In this document: positions 1 through 9,509 of the stretch, in pieces
How the letters are laid out: each line of letters begins with the position of its first letter
How positions within the stretch are numbered: position 1 is the first letter of the stretch
IMG/VR virus record: IMGVR_UViG_3300035181_002953
Source of the DNA: an uncultured virus (IMG/VR IMGVR_UViG_3300035181_002953)
Taxonomy: Duplodnaviria > Heunggongvirae > Uroviricota > Caudoviricetes
Length of the DNA stretch: 64,000 nucleotides
Direction: 5' to 3' (one strand)
Notes under the pieces: generated by a model
What the model was told of the DNA's origin: nothing
The model's input: the letters and a program-made list of their open reading frames with translations, nothing else
The model's database searches: none
Made by a program: the position numbers and the translations under genes

Positions 1-72
1 CATTGAGCATTGGGCTTAGATACCAAAGAGGCCATCGCGACACGATGCGCCACGTGGTACCGTGGAGCTCCG

Positions 73-867
73 ATGGCACGAGGGAGCCCCGACTACGCAC
101 CGGCAATGTTCTGGGGATCGATCGGACTGATCGGCCTCTCCGGCTACGCGATCTACCGCCTGCGGAAGGCTGCGGCGCCGGCCAACCCGACGGCGAACCC
201 GCCGCCGCTTGGCGCCGATCCGATGCTGCCGATGCCGAGCACGTTTCCCGTTGCCGGATCGCCGATCATCGCGGCGCCGATCGCGGGCAAACTCGACCTG
301 ACGCAGGGCACGCTGCAGACGAGCGGCATCAAGTTCCAGGGCGGACACGCGCCGTTCGTGCGCGCCCTCTACACCGTGCGCTGGGACGGCGACAGCTGGG
401 GCCAGTGGTCGGACCCGCTGTTCTACGAGGGGCACATCATCGACACGATCCAGCATTTCGGCGCGGATCCGACGCCGGTCTGGTCGTCGCCCGACGATGA
501 CCTGCTCGCGTACCTCGACGCGATCACGAAGAGCGCCAACATGCCCGCGCCCGGGTTCTGGGCCTCCTACCAGGTGCCGATCGCGAACGAGCCCTACCAG
601 AAGGGCGTCTGCGACAACTTCACGACGGCCGGATGTCAGCGCACGTGGGGGCCGGCGAGCACGTGGACCTCGGGTCGATTCGGCTCGATCACGGACGCCA
701 ACGCCGACCTGCCGCAGTGGTGGCGCGACACCTTCCACGTGCCGACCTCGGGCCACATCACCGAGTACCGGAACGACGGGAAGTACAACTACGAGAACGT
801 CCTCGCGTTACACGAACAGGCCGTGCTTGCCGGTCGACATCCGAAGCACGGCCCGATCACCGAGTAG
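73..867 (+). CDS. hypothetical protein with N-terminal membrane anchor
   Basis: Long ORF with GC3-biased codons; hydrophobic segment FWGSIGLIGLSGYAIY followed by a Pro-rich linker; start uncertain (ORF open from 10). Confidence 0.7.
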   Translation: MARGSPDYAPAMFWGSIGLIGLSGYAIYRLRKAAAPANPTANPPPLGADPMLPMPSTFPVAGSPIIAAPIAGKLDLTQGTLQTSGIKFQGGHAPFVRALYTVRWDGDSWGQWSDPLFYEGHIIDTIQHFGADPTPVWSSPDDDLLAYLDAITKSANMPAPGFWASYQVPIANEPYQKGVCDNFTTAGCQRTWGPASTWTSGRFGSITDANADLPQWWRDTFHVPTSGHITEYRNDGKYNYENVLALHEQAVLAGRHPKHGPITE

Positions 868-995
868 CCGCGTCAGGTCCGCCTCGACGATAGACCTCTT
901 CGCGACGATCTCGGCGGTTACGATGTCGAGGTGCTCCGAGTCGATGACCGTCCGCGCGCGAGCATAGGCGAGCTCGATGAGCGCAGTGATGTCGG

Positions 996-1421
996 TCATC
1001 CGTGGATGAAGCATTTGTGTGCGGTGTCGGTCGACGGCTTCGTGAAGATGAGCTCGACGAGCGAGTCGCGCTCGTCGAGCTCCATCGCCTCCTCGTCACC
1101 CTCTTCGAGCCGCGTAACGATCAGCGGCGCGCGCGGACCCATGTAGGGCAACGCTCGGATCGAGTTAAAGTCGACCCACTCTTGCGCGCCGATGAAGCGC
1201 TCTTCGTCGTTCGGGTCACCGTCGAGGCCGGCGTAGATCTCGATGAGCTTCTCGTACTCGTAGACCAGAATGCGCTCGCCCGCGTCGTTGAGCGTCGAGC
1301 CAAGGATCGCACCGTCGAGCTCGACCGGGTCGAGCACGATGGTCTCCTCGAGCGCCTCGATTTCGACTTCCGTGAGCTTGTCCGCCGGCAGCTTGCGCAT
1401 CTCCCCATTCCCCTCACTCAT
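996..1421 (-). CDS. conserved phage hypothetical protein
   Basis: Motif LDGAILG...VYEYEKL...EWVDFNSIRALPYMGPRAP recalls a widespread uncharacterised phage family; start overlaps stop of upstream gene. Confidence 0.65.
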   Translation of the reverse strand: MSEGNGEMRKLPADKLTEVEIEALEETIVLDPVELDGAILGSTLNDAGERILVYEYEKLIEIYAGLDGDPNDEERFIGAQEWVDFNSIRALPYMGPRAPLIVTRLEEGDEEAMELDERDSLVELIFTKPSTDTAHKCFIHG

Positions 1422-2191
1422 GAAGCGTCCTCGTCTTTCATGCGGTCCGGCCCCTGCGTCGCGTCGGCCACCGCCGCCGCCGCGTCGACTTCCTCTTGAG
1501 ACTTCTCGAAGCTGTAGAGGATCTCGCCCGTACGAGGATCGATACGGCTGTGAACGGGTCGCCCGCCGCCAGACGGATCGTCGGTGAGCTGAGGCCCAAG
1601 CGCGATGCCTTGCCATTCCTCGCCCCTCGCCTCCGTCGCCGCCTTGTCAGCGTCGGCGACTGCGAGGAGTCGGCCAAGCCCACGTGCTGCTGCTAGGCAT
1701 TCTTCGTCGTCGCAGACGGGGGAGCCGGCCGGGGTAACGGTCACGTTGACCTTCGAACAGCAGAACTCGCACTCGACGGGGGCGCCGCCCTCAGGCTCGT
1801 AGACGATCTCACCCTCGAGCGAGGCGGGGATCTCGTGGGCCGCCGCGATGGGCTCTGCCGGCGCGGCAGCCTTCTTCCGCTTCACCGGCGGCGTTCGCAC
1901 GCGCTGGTTCTGTTGCAGGATCGACTGCGTGGCCTCATCGGGCCACCCCTTGATCCGTCGGATCTTGATCTGGTAGCCGAGAAGCCGGAGCAGCTCGAAG
2001 ATCGTGTTCGCAGACGGGTTCGCCGTCTTCTCGTAGCGGCTGACGAGGTGCTGGGGATGTACGATCTTCTCCCCATCCGCCCGCGCATTCTCGATGAGGG
2101 CCCCGAACTGCCGCTGCGTCAGCTCACGCTCGACACGGCGCCGCTTCAAGAACTTGCCCCAGTGCAGACCCCCAGGCAGCTTCGCGCTCAT
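1418..2191 (-). CDS. XRE/Cro-C1 family HTH transcriptional regulator with C-terminal Cys-rich segment
   Basis: LKRRRVERELTQRQFG...VSRYEKTANPSANTIFELLRLLG is a typical HTH_XRE; CEFCC...CDDEEC in the tail. Confidence 0.75.
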   Translation of the reverse strand: MSAKLPGGLHWGKFLKRRRVERELTQRQFGALIENARADGEKIVHPQHLVSRYEKTANPSANTIFELLRLLGYQIKIRRIKGWPDEATQSILQQNQRVRTPPVKRKKAAAPAEPIAAAHEIPASLEGEIVYEPEGGAPVECEFCCSKVNVTVTPAGSPVCDDEECLAAARGLGRLLAVADADKAATEARGEEWQGIALGPQLTDDPSGGGRPVHSRIDPRTGEILYSFEKSQEEVDAAAAVADATQGPDRMKDEDAS

Positions 2192-2430
2192 CGTTTCCCT
2201 TTCGGAGCCCGGACGATGCGGATCTCCACCTTCTGATCGCGCTCATGCGCAGCGATCAGGTCACGAGCCGTCTCGGGCGCCACCAGGAACGTGAGGCTTG
2301 CGCCGCCACGTTCGCCGCTGACCACCACCTCCACCTCGCCAGTGAGGCGGCGCTTCGGGTCGTTCGGCTCGCCGATGTACAGGATGCGCCCTCGGCTCGC
2401 CCAGAGCGACGGTAGACCACCAAACGTCAT
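2188..2430 (-). CDS. hypothetical protein
   Basis: Overlapping start/stop junctions on both sides within the leftward operon. Confidence 0.55.
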   Translation of the reverse strand: MTFGGLPSLWASRGRILYIGEPNDPKRRLTGEVEVVVSGERGGASLTFLVAPETARDLIAAHERDQKVEIRIVRAPKGKR

Positions 2431-2702
2431 GAAAATCTCCTCGTGGACAGGTAGCTGGCGAGCTTGCGCAAGACCCAGTGGAGCCTCGACTTGTCCTGGA
2501 AATACTTCCGGTCGGCGTAGACCTTGACCCGGTTCCACTCGACCGTGCTCCGAGCGCCGCTGAGTCGCAGGGCGTCGGCGCGAGCCTTCTCATGGACGGC
2601 GTGAAGACGGGAGCGCTCGGCCCCCGTCTCCGCGTGCTTCGCCTCGTTTTCGAACAGCCGGCTCATCCACAGCCGGACAACGACAGGGTTCGGGCTACCC
2701 AT
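2427..2702 (-). CDS. hypothetical protein
   Basis: Operon-coupled ORF. Confidence 0.55.
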   Translation of the reverse strand: MGSPNPVVVRLWMSRLFENEAKHAETGAERSRLHAVHEKARADALRLSGARSTVEWNRVKVYADRKYFQDKSRLHWVLRKLASYLSTRRFS

Positions 2703-2705
2703 GCG

Positions 2706-3623
2706 TCACTTCACACACCGGCTGACCGTGGTCTTCTGCGCGCCGCTGACCACCTTCCACAGCGGAACCGACCAGACGACGCGGACGCCCATGTCGAGAT
2801 CGTTCGTGTAGAAGACGTAGTCGAAAGACACGTCCGGGTCCTGGAAGGCACCCTCGCGGTTCGACGACAAGCCCTGCCACTGTGCCACGGTCGGAGGCTT
2901 CCAGCCGAAGCCGAAGTGCTGCGTGCAACCGAGTGGCACGGCCTGGAAGTCGACGAAGTAGTCGCGCTCCCACGTGATGCCCGTCTTCAGGTCGTGCGCG
3001 AACGTGTCGTCGCACCAGAAGTCGGTTGCCAGCGGGCACGCGCTCGGCGCCCCACCCGCACCGCCCGCGCCTGCGACCCCGGAGCCGCCGCTGCCGGCCG
3101 CCCCGCCCTCGCCAGCACCCGAGCCACCGCTGCCCGCGGAGGCGCCCGCCGCGCCCGCCTGGGAGCCGCCCGCGCCCGTGGAGGAACCAGCCGCGCCGCC
3201 GGCCATCGTCGAGCCAGCCGCGCTGCCACCGGAGCCCGAGCCGGCGCCGCCGGCCGTAGAGCCCGCCGCCCCTGCAGCCTGCGTCGACCCCGCCGCGCCG
3301 CCTTTGCCAGCCGTCGTGGCGCCAGCTGCGCCCGCCGAGGAACCACCGGCCGTCGAGCCACCAGAACCGCCGCCAGCGCCCGCCTTGGAGCCGCCTGCGC
3401 CAGCGGCGAGTGACCCCGCCGCCCCCGCCGCCTGCTCGGCGCCAGCAGCACCCGCCGCGCCTGCCCCGGGGTGCCCCGCGGTCGCAGGGTGCCCAGCGCC
3501 GCCCGCCGTGCCGCCGGAAGAGCCCGCCGCACCAGCATGAGCCGAAGCGTCGAACGTGAACTCGTCACCACCGCTGCAGGCGGTGAGCAGGACCAGGATC
3601 AGGGCGAAGACGATGTTGTTCAC
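2706..3623 (-). CDS. lipoprotein with Gly/Ala/Ser-rich linker and C-terminal DUF1566 (Lcl)-like domain
   Basis: Signal peptide with lipobox LLTAC; long AGAAG/GGSG low-complexity tract; C-terminal HDLKTGITWER...GWKPPTVAQW...RCVK fits the DUF1566 pattern; SD AGGAG upstream. Confidence 0.75.
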   Translation of the reverse strand: MNNIVFALILVLLTACSGGDEFTFDASAHAGAAGSSGGTAGGAGHPATAGHPGAGAAGAAGAEQAAGAAGSLAAGAGGSKAGAGGGSGGSTAGGSSAGAAGATTAGKGGAAGSTQAAGAAGSTAGGAGSGSGGSAAGSTMAGGAAGSSTGAGGSQAGAAGASAGSGGSGAGEGGAAGSGGSGVAGAGGAGGAPSACPLATDFWCDDTFAHDLKTGITWERDYFVDFQAVPLGCTQHFGFGWKPPTVAQWQGLSSNREGAFQDPDVSFDYVFYTNDLDMGVRVVWSVPLWKVVSGAQKTTVSRCVK

Positions 3624-4240
3624 GGGGATTCTCCTTTTGCGACGTCGGTGGGATGAGGACTACACCCCTTGGACGGAGCCGACCGCTTCATCTCAGCGTT
3701 GATCCTGGATTCCACCTCCAGCAGAACCAGGCGGTACGCATCCACCCGCACCAGCGCGTCATGACGCGACGCGGCGTCCGGGTGAATGACAGCGGACATG
3801 GCGTTGAGAGCGATGCGACCCCTCACCGCGTCCGCCAGCTCCACCAGGACGCCCACGGTCGAGTCCTCGTCGAACAGGGGCGCCGCCGGTGGCACAGCCA
3901 CGACGCGGCCGTGCGGATGATGACGCGGGTCCGTCCAAAGGCAGCGGGCGCCCCCCGCGGCGGTGTCGCCCCCGTCGCCGAAGGAGCCCGCCAGGCGCGT
4001 CACGGTATCTGCGTGGGCGCGGAACCGAGCCTCGCGCGCCCCGGGAGCGGTCGTGCCATCAGGCAGTTCGAGCGTCTCGCCCTCGACGGGCGCGCCATGC
4101 TCGGCGCGAAACGCCTCTGCCGTCGGTGCGAGAGCGAGGTTCCGGTTCTGGTGCGTCAACAGCAACCCCCGCAGCAGCCCCTCGTCTGCTTCGGCGCCGG
4201 CCACCTGCCATCCGCATTTGCACGCGATGTTGAGAATCAT
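3620..4240 (-). CDS. hypothetical protein
   Basis: Operon-coupled ORF starting MILNIACKCGW; SD GGAGAAGG. Confidence 0.55.
   Translation of the reverse strand: MILNIACKCGWQVAGAEADEGLLRGLLLTHQNRNLALAPTAEAFRAEHGAPVEGETLELPDGTTAPGAREARFRAHADTVTRLAGSFGDGGDTAAGGARCLWTDPRHHPHGRVVAVPPAAPLFDEDSTVGVLVELADAVRGRIALNAMSAVIHPDAASRHDALVRVDAYRLVLLEVESRINAEMKRSAPSKGCSPHPTDVAKGESP
3672..3697 (-). promoter_or_regulatory. GCTGAG-N16-CGTC motif (putative phage promoter)
   Basis: Exact motif on the minus strand, 49 nt upstream of the lipoprotein start. Confidence 0.6.
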
Positions 4241-4530
4241 CGGCCCTTCTCCCCCTTCGGAAACAGCGCCCTCGACAGCTCGACCATGCGATCGAGTCGG
4301 ACCGCCTGCACGGCGCGCTTGCGATCGGCGTCTGCGATCAGCTCGGGCAGCATCGTCTGCACCGCCTCGCCAACCGTCTCGCCCGCCCCCATGATGCCGT
4401 TGCAGCTCACCGTGACCCAGGCTGCCCCGTCGCCGTTCGGCTTGCCGCCCCAACGGATCGTGAGGCCCGCGCCCTGAAACTCCCGCGCCAGAGCGACGAG
4501 CGTATCGTCCAGCCGCGCGCCCGCGCTCAC
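4237..4530 (-). CDS. hypothetical protein
   Basis: GTG start overlapping upstream stop; operon-coupled. Confidence 0.5.
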   Translation of the reverse strand: MSAGARLDDTLVALAREFQGAGLTIRWGGKPNGDGAAWVTVSCNGIMGAGETVGEAVQTMLPELIADADRKRAVQAVRLDRMVELSRALFPKGEKGR

Positions 4531-4940
4531 GAGGTAGCCGCCTTTACCGGGCTGCCGAGGATCGCCGTGGCGGCGCGAGCGTTCCCGTCGGCGACGCGAA
4601 TGGCGCCGTCGAACAGGGCGAGCACGTCCGCGTGCGTCGCCGTGAAGTCGTTGTAGTCCCAGACCGAGGCCGCGTCGTCGGGCAGCGCGCGCTCGAGAAG
4701 CACCACGGCCGCATCGACGACGCCGGCGGCCCGCGAAGACGAGCCGCACGAGGCGCGCACGGCGCCGATCGGATCGTAGGCCACCGCCTTCTGCATCGAG
4801 CAGGGCAGGCCCTTCTCGTCGCGATAGAACGTCTTGCGCGTCCAGCGCGCTTCCGGCACAAGCAGCTCTCGCGCTTTCCGCAAGGCCTCGGCCACCTCGG
4901 CCGGGCTTCCCCACTGCAACATCCACGGTCCCGTCTTCAT
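4527..4940 (-). CDS. DUF6197-like phage protein
   Basis: ALRKARELL...W...YDPIGAV...WDYND..ATHADVLALFDGAI pattern. Confidence 0.55.
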   Translation of the reverse strand: MKTGPWMLQWGSPAEVAEALRKARELLVPEARWTRKTFYRDEKGLPCSMQKAVAYDPIGAVRASCGSSSRAAGVVDAAVVLLERALPDDAASVWDYNDFTATHADVLALFDGAIRVADGNARAATAILGSPVKAATS

Positions 4941-4963
4941 CGTTACCCTCGCTCTCGAGACCC

Positions 4964-4989
4964 GACGTGGCAGCTGCGTCAACCTCAGC
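4964..4989 (-). promoter_or_regulatory. GCTGAG-N16-CGTC motif heading the leftward operon
   Basis: Plus strand GACG(4964)-16 nt-CTCAGC(4984-4989); first ATG at 4940. Confidence 0.65.
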
Positions 4990-5002
4990 GACGCCGGCGC
5001 GG

Positions 5003-5070
5003 ACCATAAGATACCTGTTGAGCGTTGTCAACTGACAGCAGTTGACATGTGAGAAATCGCGCCGTATACG
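5003..5070. promoter_or_regulatory. back-to-back sigma70-type promoters sharing the inverted repeat TGTCAACTG-ACAG-CAGTTGACA
   Basis: Plus strand TTGACA(5042)-17-TATACG; minus strand TTGACA(5031-5026)-17-TATGGT; at the strand switch point. Confidence 0.6.
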
Positions 5071-5625
5071 ATGGTTCGTGGTGAGGGACGTGGCGAAAAG
5101 GCACTCGGTGACCATGTATGGCGTCACGTTCATCCACTTCGCGACCCACGACCAGCGTGTGTCCCCTGGAAAGAGCTTTGCGATGGCCAGAGCGAGGCCC
5201 TCGGTCGCGCCGTGTGGGCTCGCCTGAACATGCCCGGACTCATGCCCGAGGAAGTGCCGGGCGTCCTCAGGGAAGCCATCGCACGCAGGGACCGAGAGCA
5301 CGCCGCGTTCATGGGCCGATTCGACGGCGGGGCCCATTCTCCCGCGGCAAGATGCCTATCAACGGTCCTTGGTTGGTCTTTTTGGCTTCTGCGGCTCGTT
5401 GACCCGCTTTTATTGCCCACGAACCAGCTCGAGCGCCGCTGCGGAGGCCCCTAGGCTTCACACCAGGGCTTTCTACTACTCTTTCCGCTGCGTTTCGCCC
5501 TGTCTTTCTCACAGCGTTGCGTGCTACCGAGCAAGAATCCTCACGCTAGCGAAATCGCCAGCCCTCACACCACAAAGCGCCGAGAAACGAGATGTTCGGC
5601 GGCGCCGAAAGGACCCTCTCACGCC

Positions 5626-6624
5626 ATGATGACCATCCGTCCGCTGAGGAACCAAGTCGTTTTCCGCCGCGACCCGCCTCCGACCCACGTCGGACCCGTC
5701 GAGATCCCCGAGGCCCAGCGGTCCAAGCGGACGCCCACCGCGACCGTGGTGGCCGTGGGGCCGGGTGGTCGGGTGGCCAAGACCCGCCTCCGGCTCGTGG
5801 AGAAGGCCGGTCAGGTCACGAAGGAGACGGTCCGGACGGAGATCGGGCGCGAGGAGCCGACCCTTCTCCGCGTCGGCGACAGGGTGATCGTCCACGAAAT
5901 GGTCGGGTGGCCCCTGCTCGAAGAGGATGGGGTGGTCCTGGAGACCGACGAGGAGCGACTTTTCTACGGACGCCTCACGTCCCGTGGCCCCGAGGCCATC
6001 GGTGATTGGTTGTTTGTCGAGCGCGAGAAGCCCGAGGAGAAGGTCGGCGCGCTCGTCGTCCCCGAGAGCGCGCGCTCGGTGCGATCGATCGTCAAGGTGG
6101 TGAGCGCGGGTCCTGGGCACATGCGAGGGGGCGAGCTCGTAGCCAACCCGTACAAGGTTGGTGATCGGCTTCTGGTGAACGACCACTCGTCCGCCGTGGC
6201 ACCGGTCGACGTGGAGGTGGGCGGCACCAAGCTGACCATCCTGCGCGCATTCGAGGTCATCGCGCGGGTGAACGAGGACGATTCGCTCGAGGCGGAGAAC
6301 GACTTCGTGCTCATCGAGCGAGACCCCCCGGTCGACAAGGTGGGCAGCATCCACGTGGTGCAGTCCATCGCGAACATCCCGTCCACCGGAACGGTCCTGA
6401 GCGTGGGGCCTGGTCTCGTCCTGTTCCACGACATCGCCCTTCGGCCTCACGTGAAGCACGGCGACCGCATTGTCCTCGACGACTGGTGGACGCGCATCGA
6501 CCAGAAGACCCCGCTCCCGCGTGGCTGGAAGCCGGCCAACGTGTCCTTTCGGCACGAGGTGAAGCTCGGCGGGAAGACCTACACGATCGTCCACGACGCA
6601 GACGTGCTCGCCGTCCTGGAGTGA
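5626..6624 (+). CDS. groES: co-chaperonin GroES/Cpn10-like protein with three tandem GroES domains
   Basis: Three repeats of the GroES pattern: IRPLRNQVVF..IPE..VVAVGPG..RVGDRV; AIGDWLFVE..VVPES..VVSAGPG..KVGDRL..EVIARV; AENDFVLIE..GTVLSVGPG..VKHGDRI..KLGGKTYTIVHDADVLAVLE. Confidence 0.88.
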   Translation: MMTIRPLRNQVVFRRDPPPTHVGPVEIPEAQRSKRTPTATVVAVGPGGRVAKTRLRLVEKAGQVTKETVRTEIGREEPTLLRVGDRVIVHEMVGWPLLEEDGVVLETDEERLFYGRLTSRGPEAIGDWLFVEREKPEEKVGALVVPESARSVRSIVKVVSAGPGHMRGGELVANPYKVGDRLLVNDHSSAVAPVDVEVGGTKLTILRAFEVIARVNEDDSLEAENDFVLIERDPPVDKVGSIHVVQSIANIPSTGTVLSVGPGLVLFHDIALRPHVKHGDRIVLDDWWTRIDQKTPLPRGWKPANVSFRHEVKLGGKTYTIVHDADVLAVLE

Positions 6625-6625
6625 C

Positions 6626-6985
6626 ATGGGCGACGTCGCGACGAAGGTGGTGAGCGTCACCTGGGCGTGCCCGGAGTGCGGCGCCACGGCGAACAAGCAC
6701 GGCTCCGGCGAGTGCCGGAGCCCGGGCAGCGGATGCAGCGGCTTCGTCTGCGACTGCGATGCCGACGTCGAGGGCTTCGACGACCCCGAGCACGGCACGA
6801 CGCTCGAGAAGCCGTGTGAGTGTGCCGCTTGCTACCACTGCGGCTGGGGCGGCACGTTCCCGGTGACGCCGAAGGGGCTCGCGCCCTGGGAGAAACAGGC
6901 GCTCAAGGCCGGCTGGGCGCCGCCGGCGAAACGAGCCGCTGAGATCGCGAAGGCGGCGGCGTCGAAGGCCTCGAGAAAGAGGTGA
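6626..6985 (+). CDS. Cys-rich (Zn-binding) hypothetical protein
   Basis: CPEC, CDC and CECAACYHC motifs; coupled to groES. Confidence 0.65.
   Translation: MGDVATKVVSVTWACPECGATANKHGSGECRSPGSGCSGFVCDCDADVEGFDDPEHGTTLEKPCECAACYHCGWGGTFPVTPKGLAPWEKQALKAGWAPPAKRAAEIAKAAASKASRKR
6938..6963 (+). promoter_or_regulatory. GCTGAG-N16-CGTC motif
   Basis: Exact motif just upstream of the 6982 start. Confidence 0.55.
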
Positions 6986-7430
6986 TGAGCATGGGTGTGA
7001 AGTTCACCATCGACGACGTGCGGCGCGCCACGTACCTCGCCCGCGAACGCCGGGAGACGACTCTCCGGCTCGCGCTCGAGATACATGTACCCGAACACGG
7101 GCACGCCGCGACTCTGCTACGCGTGCAGCGAGCGCTACTCGCTGTGCGTGGGGTGCGGGGCTGACCTTTCGCTGGCCCCCCGAAACAAGCTCGCCATCGA
7201 CCCGCGTCCACGCCGAAAGAAGGCCACGTGATCGGCATGATCCGCTCCGGTCGCCACCTGTACGGGTCGACCGTCGGGCAGTCGTACCCGGCGACGATCC
7301 CGTGCGAGCACTGCGACGGGGTCGACTCCATCCTGGTACGCGTGGACAACCTGCGCGGGCACGTGTGCCCGCCGTGCGACCTGGTGATCGACGAGATGTT
7401 CGGGCGCCCCGAGCTGCAAGGAGAGCGGAC

Positions 7431-8132
7431 ATGACGACGATCCACGCGAAGAAGCTGCGCCGCGGCGAGCTGGACGAGCACGGCAACCCGCTGGTGGAGG
7501 TCCTCGCCGAGGATCTCCGTGCCGGCGACGGCTCGCCCGAGCACCCGTTCCGCACGCTCCGGCAGGCGGTGGCGGCGAGCGGCCCGGGCGACACCATCGT
7601 GCTCGGCCCGGGGCGGTGGCGCGGGTCCGTCTGCGTCGCGCATCCGGTGAACCTCGTGTCGGAGCGCGCGTGGGCGGGCCGGCCGAGCTCGATCCCGCAC
7701 GAGACGATCGTCGAGGCACGCCTGCACGTCGCGCCTTCCGACGCCGCCGATCGCTTGGGCCAGCAGACCAGCGCGCGCTCGGTGTTCGCCGCTGGCTTCG
7801 GCATGAACCTCCGCGACGTCGAGCTCGCCATGCCCGCGCGGCCGGCGCGCGCGGCGCGCCCGGTGGAAGTCGAGGGAACGCATGAAGAAGCTCTGGGAGA
7901 GCGCTCGGATCGAGGGCGTCGACCCGGATTGGACCTGCGCACGCACGAGACGCAGATCGACATGGACGCACCGCTGCCCCTGACCGGGCTGGGCGAGGAC
8001 TTCGAGGATCTGTTCGCCATCGAAGAGAACGAGCGCGCCCAGGAGGAACTGCAGGCCCAGCTCGCCGCCAACATCGACCGGGCGCTCGAGGAAGAGCGCG
8101 CGAACCTCGACTTTCTCCCGGAGGATCCATGA
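7431..8132 (+). CDS. DUF1565-like N-terminal domain protein
   Basis: GDGSPEHPFRTLRQAV...PGDTIVLGPGRW; SD GGAGAG upstream. Confidence 0.65.
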   Translation: MTTIHAKKLRRGELDEHGNPLVEVLAEDLRAGDGSPEHPFRTLRQAVAASGPGDTIVLGPGRWRGSVCVAHPVNLVSERAWAGRPSSIPHETIVEARLHVAPSDAADRLGQQTSARSVFAAGFGMNLRDVELAMPARPARAARPVEVEGTHEEALGERSDRGRRPGLDLRTHETQIDMDAPLPLTGLGEDFEDLFAIEENERAQEELQAQLAANIDRALEEERANLDFLPEDP

Positions 8133-8895
8133 CCACGCTGTTTGTGCGCAAGCGCGCTTTCGGCTCGATCCACGGAACCACGAGCCCGTTGATGCCCTTC
8201 TCGCCGAGCTCGCCGCCATCGAGGCGATCGATTGCGACGGCACGAAGGAACGGCCGTTCGTGACCGTGCGTCAGGCGATCGAGCGGAGCGCCCCGGGTGA
8301 CACGATCGACATCGGCCACGGCACCTGGGTCCTCGGCAAGGTCGAGATCAAGCACCCGCTGTTGCTCCGCGGCTCGACCGAGCCGACTTTCCCCGGCGTC
8401 GACGGCGCCCCGACGATCAACGACCTGCTCGGCGAATGGCCGAATCCGGTGAAGTCCATCACGACGGTCCAGGGGTACCTGCAGGTCGCGCCTCACCTCG
8501 GGGTCGGGTTCTACGCCGGCCGCATCGAGGAGATCCCGGCGGCGGGCCAGTTCGGGACCTGGAACGCGCTCGTGCTCTCGGCCATCCGGTTCGAGACGCT
8601 GCCCCCGCCGCCGCCCCGTGGCCGGAAGGCGCGGCGCCGGCGCGCGCGGGAGGACAGCGCGCGCGGCTGGGGTCGGAACACCAGCACCACCGGCTGGGCC
8701 TCGACGGCGCCGGCGGCGAGCATCGGCAAGGACACCATGGGCCACAGCGGCGTCGCCGAGGCCGTGGCGAATCTCCTCGGCCGACCGACCCCGCGGATGC
8801 CGATCGGCTACCACGTCACCAGGAGCCTCGACGAGGCCGGTGCGGAGCGGTCGGCTGCCTTCACCCCCAACGGCCACGACGGAGGCCCGCTATGA
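8129..8895 (+). pseudogene. paralog of the preceding DUF1565-like gene with an apparent frameshift near 8150-8165
   Basis: MTTLFVRKR (frame of 8129) joined to RLDPRNHEPVDALLAE..DGTKERPFVTVRQAIERSAPGDTI (frame of 8260) aligns with the 7431 paralog. Confidence 0.55.
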
Positions 8896-9445
8896 CCTCC
8901 GGAGATGCCCTTTGAAACCCTGCCACGCCTGCGACGGCGAAGGAGCGATTAGCTGGGGCGTCCCGCCCATCCCGTGCGGGGCCTGCAAGGGGTCTGGCCG
9001 GGCGAGCTCGCCCGCTCCCACGCCCGACCCCGACTTCGACTCGATCCCGCTCACGGAAAGCCCCCACGAGCGCTGGCTGAACGATCACTTCGCCGAGCTG
9101 CCCCAGTACGCCGGGGAGACCATCGCGGTCCACGGGACCCGCGGGGTCGTCGCGCACGGCCGGGACTTCGCCAAGCTCTGCGACGATGTGCGCGCCATGG
9201 GGCTGCTGTCCGAGGTCCTGCTCTCGGACGTGCCCGAGGCGCCACCGGGCGCCCAGGACACGATTGGCGGCCCTCGCGCCGCCGCCATGGGCCAAGAGTC
9301 GTCCGAACCCGTTCTCGGCGCGCCTTGGCGGCCCTGTGAGCTCTGCCGGGGGCGTCCGGTGGTCTCGAGGCCCGCTGGCGACCCGCCGGCCGTCTTCCCC
9401 TGGTGCTCTCGTTGCGGTGGCACTGGAAACGAGAACGCTCGCTGA
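8892..9445 (+). CDS. DnaJ-type Zn-finger (CxxCxGxG) plus DUF5678-like domain protein; apparent frameshift near 8910
   Basis: CHACDGEG, CGACKGSG, CSRCGGTG; ERWLNDHFAELPQYAGETIAVHG; the ATG at 8892 with SD GGAGG is out of frame with the body. Confidence 0.5.
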
Positions 9446-9466
9446 GACGGCGGAGCACGCCCCGTC
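9441..9466 (+). promoter_or_regulatory. GCTGAG-N16-CGTC motif
   Basis: Exact; its TGA is the stop codon of the upstream ORF. Confidence 0.65.
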
Positions 9467-9509
9467 TGCCCTTCGAACCGCAATCGCTCACCACCGAGGC
9501 CCGACCACG

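Noticed and set aside
2706..3050. Diversity-generating retroelement target (DUF1566 can be a DGR target fold)
   Set aside because: No reverse transcriptase or template repeat seen in the window
3040..3540. Tandem DNA repeat
   Set aside because: Explained by the low-complexity Gly/Ala coding linker
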